Shown in pieces: positions 59,101-64,000 of a DNA stretch of 64,000 nt. Under the pieces are notes generated by a model. That model was not told where the DNA came from and did not search any database. It saw only the letters and a program-made list of their open reading frames with translations. Origin of the DNA: Euprymna scolopes (taxonomy: Eukaryota); assembly GCA_053919585.1 (NCBI GenBank), contig JBSSHM010000055.1. One strand, given 5' to 3'. A program made the position numbers and the translations under genes. How positions within the stretch are numbered: the first letter of the stretch is position 1; each line of letters starts with the position of its first letter.

Positions 59101-62100
59101 TTTAATGTAAGAATGAAAGTAAATTTGCTATGATTTTAATCATAGTGAGAAGAGATAGATTTATTTTAATATACACAATACTACAATATATATACACGTA
59201 TATTAATGTAAGAATGAAAGTAAATTTGTTATGATTTTCATCATAGTGAGAAGAGATGGATTTATATTTATATACACAATACTACAATATATATACATGT
59301 ATATTAATGTAACAATAAAAGTAAATTTGTTATGATTTTCATCATAGTGAGAAGAGATAGATTTATATTAATATATACAATAATACAATATATATACATG
59401 TATATTAATGTAACAATGAAAGTAAATTTGTTATGATTTTCATCATAGTGAGAAGAGATAGATTTATATTAATATACACAATACTACGATATATATACAC
59501 GTATATTAATGTAACAATGAAAGTAAATTTGTTATGATTTTCATCATAGTGAGAAGAGATAGATTTATATTAATATACACAATACTACGATATATATACA
59601 CGTATATTAATGTAACAATGAAAGTAAATTTGTTATGATTTTCATCATAGTGAGAAGAGATAGATTTATATTAATATACACAATACTACAATATATATAC
59701 ACGTATTTTAATGTAAGAATGAAAGTAAATTTGCTATGATTTTCATCATAGTGAGAAGAGATAGATTTATATTAATATACACAATACTACAATATATATA
59801 CACGTATATTAATGTAACAATGAAAGTAAATTTGTTATGATTTTCATCATAGTGAGAAGAGATAGATTTATATTAATATACACAATACTACAATATATAT
59901 ACACGTATATTAATGTAACAATGAAAGTAAATTTGTTATGATTTTCATCATAGTGAGAAGAGATAGATTTATTTTAATATACACAATACTACAATATATA
60001 TACACGTATATTAATGTAACAATGAAAGTAAATTTGTTATGATTTTCATCATAGTGAGAAGAGATAGATTTATATTAATATACACAATACTACAATATAT
60101 ATACACGTATTTTAATGTAAGAATGAAAGTAAATTTGCTATGATTTTCATCATAGTGAGAAGAGATAGATTTATTTTAATATACACAATACTACAATATA
60201 TATACACGTATATTAATGTAACAATGAAAGTAAATTTGTTATGATTTTCATCATAGTGAGAAGAGATAGATTTATTTTAATATACACAATACTACAATAT
60301 ATATACACGTATATTAATGTAACAATGAAAGTAAATTTGTTATGATTTTCATCATAGTGAGAAGAGATAGATTTATATTTATATACACAATACTACAATA
60401 TATATACACGTATTTTAATGTAAGAATGAAAGTAAATTTGTTATGATTTTCATCATAGTGAGAAGAGATAGATTTATATTAATATATACAATAATACAAT
60501 ATATATACATGTATATTAATGTAAGAAAAGTAAATTTGTTATGATTTTCATCATAGTGATAAGAGATAGATTTATATTAATATATACAATAATACAATAT
60601 ATATACACGTATTTTAATGTAAGAATGAAAGTAAATTTGCTATGATTTTCATCATAGTGAGAAGAGATAGATTTATATTAATATATACAATACTAAAATA
60701 TATATACACGTATTTTAATGTAAGAATGAAAGTATATTTGTTATGATTTTCATCATAGTGAGAAGAGATAGATTTATATAAATATACACAATACTACAAT
60801 ATATATACACGTATTTTAATGTAAGAATGAAAGTAGATTTGTTATGATTTTCATCATAGTGAGAAGAGATTGATTTATATTAATATACACAATACTACAA
60901 TATATATACACGTATTTTAATGTAAGAATGAAAGTAGATTTGTTATGATTTTCATCATAGTGAGAAGAGATAGATTTATATTAATATACACAATACTACA
61001 ATATATATACACGTATATTAATGTAAGAATGAAAGTAGATTTGTTATGATTTTCATCATAGTGAGAAGAGATAGATTTATATTAATATACACAATACTAC
61101 AATATATATACACGTATATAATTATGTAAGAATGAAAGTAAATTTGTTATGATTTTCATCATAGTGAGAAGAGATAGATTTATATTAATATACACAATAC
61201 TACAATATATATACACGTATATTAATGTAAGAATGAAAGTAAATTTGTTATGATTTTCATCATAGTGAGAAGAGATAGATTTATATTAATATACACAATA
61301 CTACAATATATATACACGTATTTTAATGTAAGAATGAAAGTAAATTTGCTATGATTTTCATCATAGTGAGAAGAGATAGATTTATATTAATATACACAAT
61401 ACTACAATATATATACACGTATATTAATGTAACAATGAAAGTAAATCTGTTATGATTTTCATCATAGTGAGAAGAGATAGATTTATTTTAATATACACAA
61501 TACTACAATATATATACACGTATATAATTATGTAAGAATGAAAGTAAATTTGTTATGATTTTCATCATAGTGAGAAGAGATAGATTTATATTAATATACA
61601 CAATACTACAATATATATACACGTATTTTAATGTAAGAATGAAAGTAAATTTGTTATGATTTTCATCATAGTTAGAAGAGATAGATTTATATTAATATAC
61701 ACAATACTACAATATATATACACGTATTTTAATGTAAGAATGAAAGTAAATTTTTTATGATTTTCATCATAGTGAGAAGAGATAGATTTATATTAATATA
61801 CACAATACTACAATATATATACACGTATATTAATGTAAGAATGAAAGTAAATTTGCTATGATTTTCATCATAGTGAGAAGAGATAGATTTATTTTAATAT
61901 ACACAATACTACAATATATATACACGTATATTAATGTAACAATGAAAGTAAATTTGTTATGATTTTCATCATAGTGAGAAGAGATAGATTTATATTAATA
62001 TACACAATACTACAATATATATACACGTATTTTAATGTAAGAATGAAAGTAAATTTGTTATGATTTTCATCATAGTGAGAAGAGATAGATTTATATTAAT

Positions 62101-63172
62101 ATACACAATACTACAATATATATACACGTATTTTAATGTAAGAATGAAAGTAAATTTGTTATGATTTTCATCATAGTGAGAAGAGATAGATTTATATTAA
62201 TATACACAATACTACAATATATATACACGTATATAATTATGTAAGAATGAAAGTAAATTTGTTATGATTTTCATCATAGTGAGAAGAGATAGATTTATAT
62301 TAATATACACAATACTACAATATATATACACGTATTTTAATGTAACAATGAAAGTAAATTTGTTATGATTTTCATCATAGTGAGAAGAGATAGATTTATA
62401 TTAATATACACAATACTACAATATATATACACGTATATAATTATGTAAGAATGAAAGTAAATTTGTTATGATTTTCATCATAGTGAGAAGAGATAGATTT
62501 ATATTAATATACACAATACTACAATATATATACACGTATTTTAATGTAAGAATGAAAGTAAATTTGTTATGATTTTCATCATAGTTAGAAGAGATAGATT
62601 TATATTAATATACACAATACTACAATATATATACACGTATTTTAATGTAAGAATGAAAGTAAATTTTTTATGATTTTCATCATAGTGAGAAGAGATAGAT
62701 TTATATTAATATACACAATACTACAATATATATACACGTATATAATTATGTAAGAATGAAAGTAAATTTGTTATGATTTTCATCATAGTGAGAAGAGATA
62801 GATTTATATTAATATACACAATACTACAATATATATACACGTATTTTAATGTAACAATGAAAGTAAATTTGTTATGATTTTCATCATAGTGAGAAGAGAT
62901 AGATTTATATTTATATACACAATACTACAATATATATACACGTATTTTAATGTATGAATGAAAGTATATTTGTTATGATTTTAATCATAGTGAGAAGAGA
63001 TAGATTTATATTAATATACACAATACTACAATATATATACATGTATATTAATGCAACAATGAAAGTAAATTTGCTATGATTTTCATCATAGTGAGAAGAG
63101 ATAGATTTATATTAATATACACAATACTACAATATATATACACGTATTTTAATGTAACAATGAAAGTAAATT
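56178..63172. repeat. 101-bp AT-rich satellite array, 69 full monomers plus a 17-nt partial
   Basis: The unit aacaatgaaagtaaatttgttatgattttcatcatagtgagaagagatagatttatattaatatacacaatactacaatatatatacacgtattttaatgt starts at 56178 and restarts at 56279. The last restart is at 63156, and 6978 = 69x101 + 9, matching the visible indels (+1, -1, +2, -3, five x +2). Composition A43 T37 G12 C9. Confidence 0.99.
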
Positions 63173-63178
63173 ATCATA

Positions 63179-63705
63179 TGTCCATCCAAAGAGCATTTAT
63201 TGCATACACGTTTTTGCTTTCTCTACATATGCAGAATTATCAAAAATATTCAAACATTTTCTTAATATTTGGTTGTTTTGTACATAAAAAGACAATAATT
63301 TGGTGGAAGAAACTACAGTGATATTCTATATATTTCTATTTTTATATATTCATGTTTTTCTTATATTTGTTAATCCTATTATTCCATCTGCATTTGTTTG
63401 AGGGAATATATCCACTCACTTCTAATTCATCTGAATATAAAAATTAATTGTAACTACAATCGTTTAACTTATAAGTGTGTTAATGTTTCATCTGTTTATA
63501 AACTCGACTAGTAGCAAAATCCCACACCTTCACTGTTGATATCTATATAAACTGGAAAACCTTTTGTTGCAACATATAGCTGCAAATAGCATAACAATCA
63601 TCTTAGACAAAGGGTTAAAGGTATTTAATCTAATAGGTTCCACCCCATATGTTTAAGCAGCACTGTCCCATCACTACAATGTTTTACAATTAATTTCATA
63701 GAATA
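63179..63705. other. AT-rich non-tandem intergenic sequence between the satellite and the RT remnant
   Basis: No periodicity and no recognisable coding motif or RNA gene by eye. Confidence 0.5.
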
Positions 63706-64000
63706 GGCATGAGCTCAATCTCAGCTGTTTTGGGTTATTGCTTTCCAGAATTTCTTCAAATGTTCCTTGACACATGTTGTGGAACACACACAGTTTCATT
63801 CACAAAAATGTTGTCAATATATGAAGACGTAGCTGCATTCATAGTCTTATCCTGGCTGACGATGATATTACTAATGGTCTGCATTATTAAATGGGCCACA
63901 TTAAGCCCTAATCCGAGGTGGGTAAAACAATATTGCTGTCCCTTGATCTCTAATATTTGGAATAGCCACAGACATTTGTCAACATATCACGGCATGTAAT
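63706..64000 (-). pseudogene. Degenerate reverse-transcriptase (pol) fragment of a retrotransposon, probably Ty3/Gypsy-type LTR; continues beyond the right edge
   Basis: Minus-strand translation from 63998 gives YMP*YVDKCLWLFQILEIKGQQYCFTHLGLGLNVAHLIMQTISNIIVSQDKTMNAATSSYIDNIFVNETVC. After a frameshift in the (AC)n run at 63784-63792 it reads STTCVKEHLKKF, and after a second shift ESNNPKQL. QYCFTHLGLGLNVAH corresponds to the RT 'Y.f..lpFGL..aP' motif. YIDN (63821-63810) sits at the expected distance for the catalytic YxDD. 'HLKKF(G)L' resembles the downstream 'L...GL' motif. An in-frame stop (63989-63987), loss of the second Asp and the frameshifts indicate a dead copy. Family assignment is from recalled motifs, not a search. 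Confidence 0.85.

Noticed and set aside
1-63172. CRISPR array or other repeat-spacer system
   Set aside because: Monomers are contiguous with no unique spacers, variation is limited to point changes, and there are no cas genes or leader.
1-63172. Calling either array the functional centromere or naming the host species
   Set aside because: This cannot be determined from sequence alone. I do not recognise either monomer as a named satellite, and CENP-A data or a database search would be required.
63076-63321. 81-aa ORF as a real gene
   Set aside because: The first 32 codons are the last satellite monomer and the rest is read-through into AT-rich DNA. There is no recognisable domain.
63609-63618. 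piggyBac-like terminus (AAAGGG-TTAA)
   Set aside because: There is no convincing partner TTAA-CCCT end in the window (TTAATCCTATT near 63370 is a poor match), and the motif is too short to support a call.
63709-63999. 96-aa + strand ORF as a membrane protein gene
   Set aside because: It coincides almost exactly with the minus-strand RT remnant and is best explained as its antisense shadow.
56178-64000. RT-plus-repeat system (retron, DRT2-like concatemeric cDNA gene, or DGR)
   Set aside because: The RT is retrotransposon-like and inactivated (stop, frameshifts, YIDN). There is no operon context, the repeat is not a multiple of 3 and does not form a continuous ORF, and adjacency is expected in heterochromatin.

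Overview
This window is almost entirely non-coding tandem repeat DNA and looks like the edge of a eukaryotic satellite/heterochromatin block. (1) 1-56177 is a head-to-tail array of about 1,080 copies of a 52-bp AT-rich monomer (consensus ATATCGTTTTTGTATTATTCYGTTGAATAGTGAATAGTCAGATTATGTATTG, about 27% GC). It is open at the left edge. Rare variants reveal nested duplications at roughly 0.3-1.7 kb, 10 kb and 20 kb scales. (2) 56178-63172 is a different 101-bp satellite (69 full units plus a partial one, about 21% GC), joined abruptly to the first with no spacer and rich in inverted repeats. (3) 63173-64000 is non-tandem DNA. Its last ~300 bp are a decayed reverse-transcriptase fragment on the minus strand (probably LTR-retrotransposon pol) that the ORF track missed. 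Both ORFs in the supplied track are best explained as artefacts. I found no CRISPR array, RNA gene or intact gene, and no well-supported novel protein system. The points of interest are structural: array history, the satellite-satellite junction, possible kinship between the two monomers, and dyad or ORF features of the 101-mer. All offsets were read by eye from marker variants and should be confirmed with a dot-plot.
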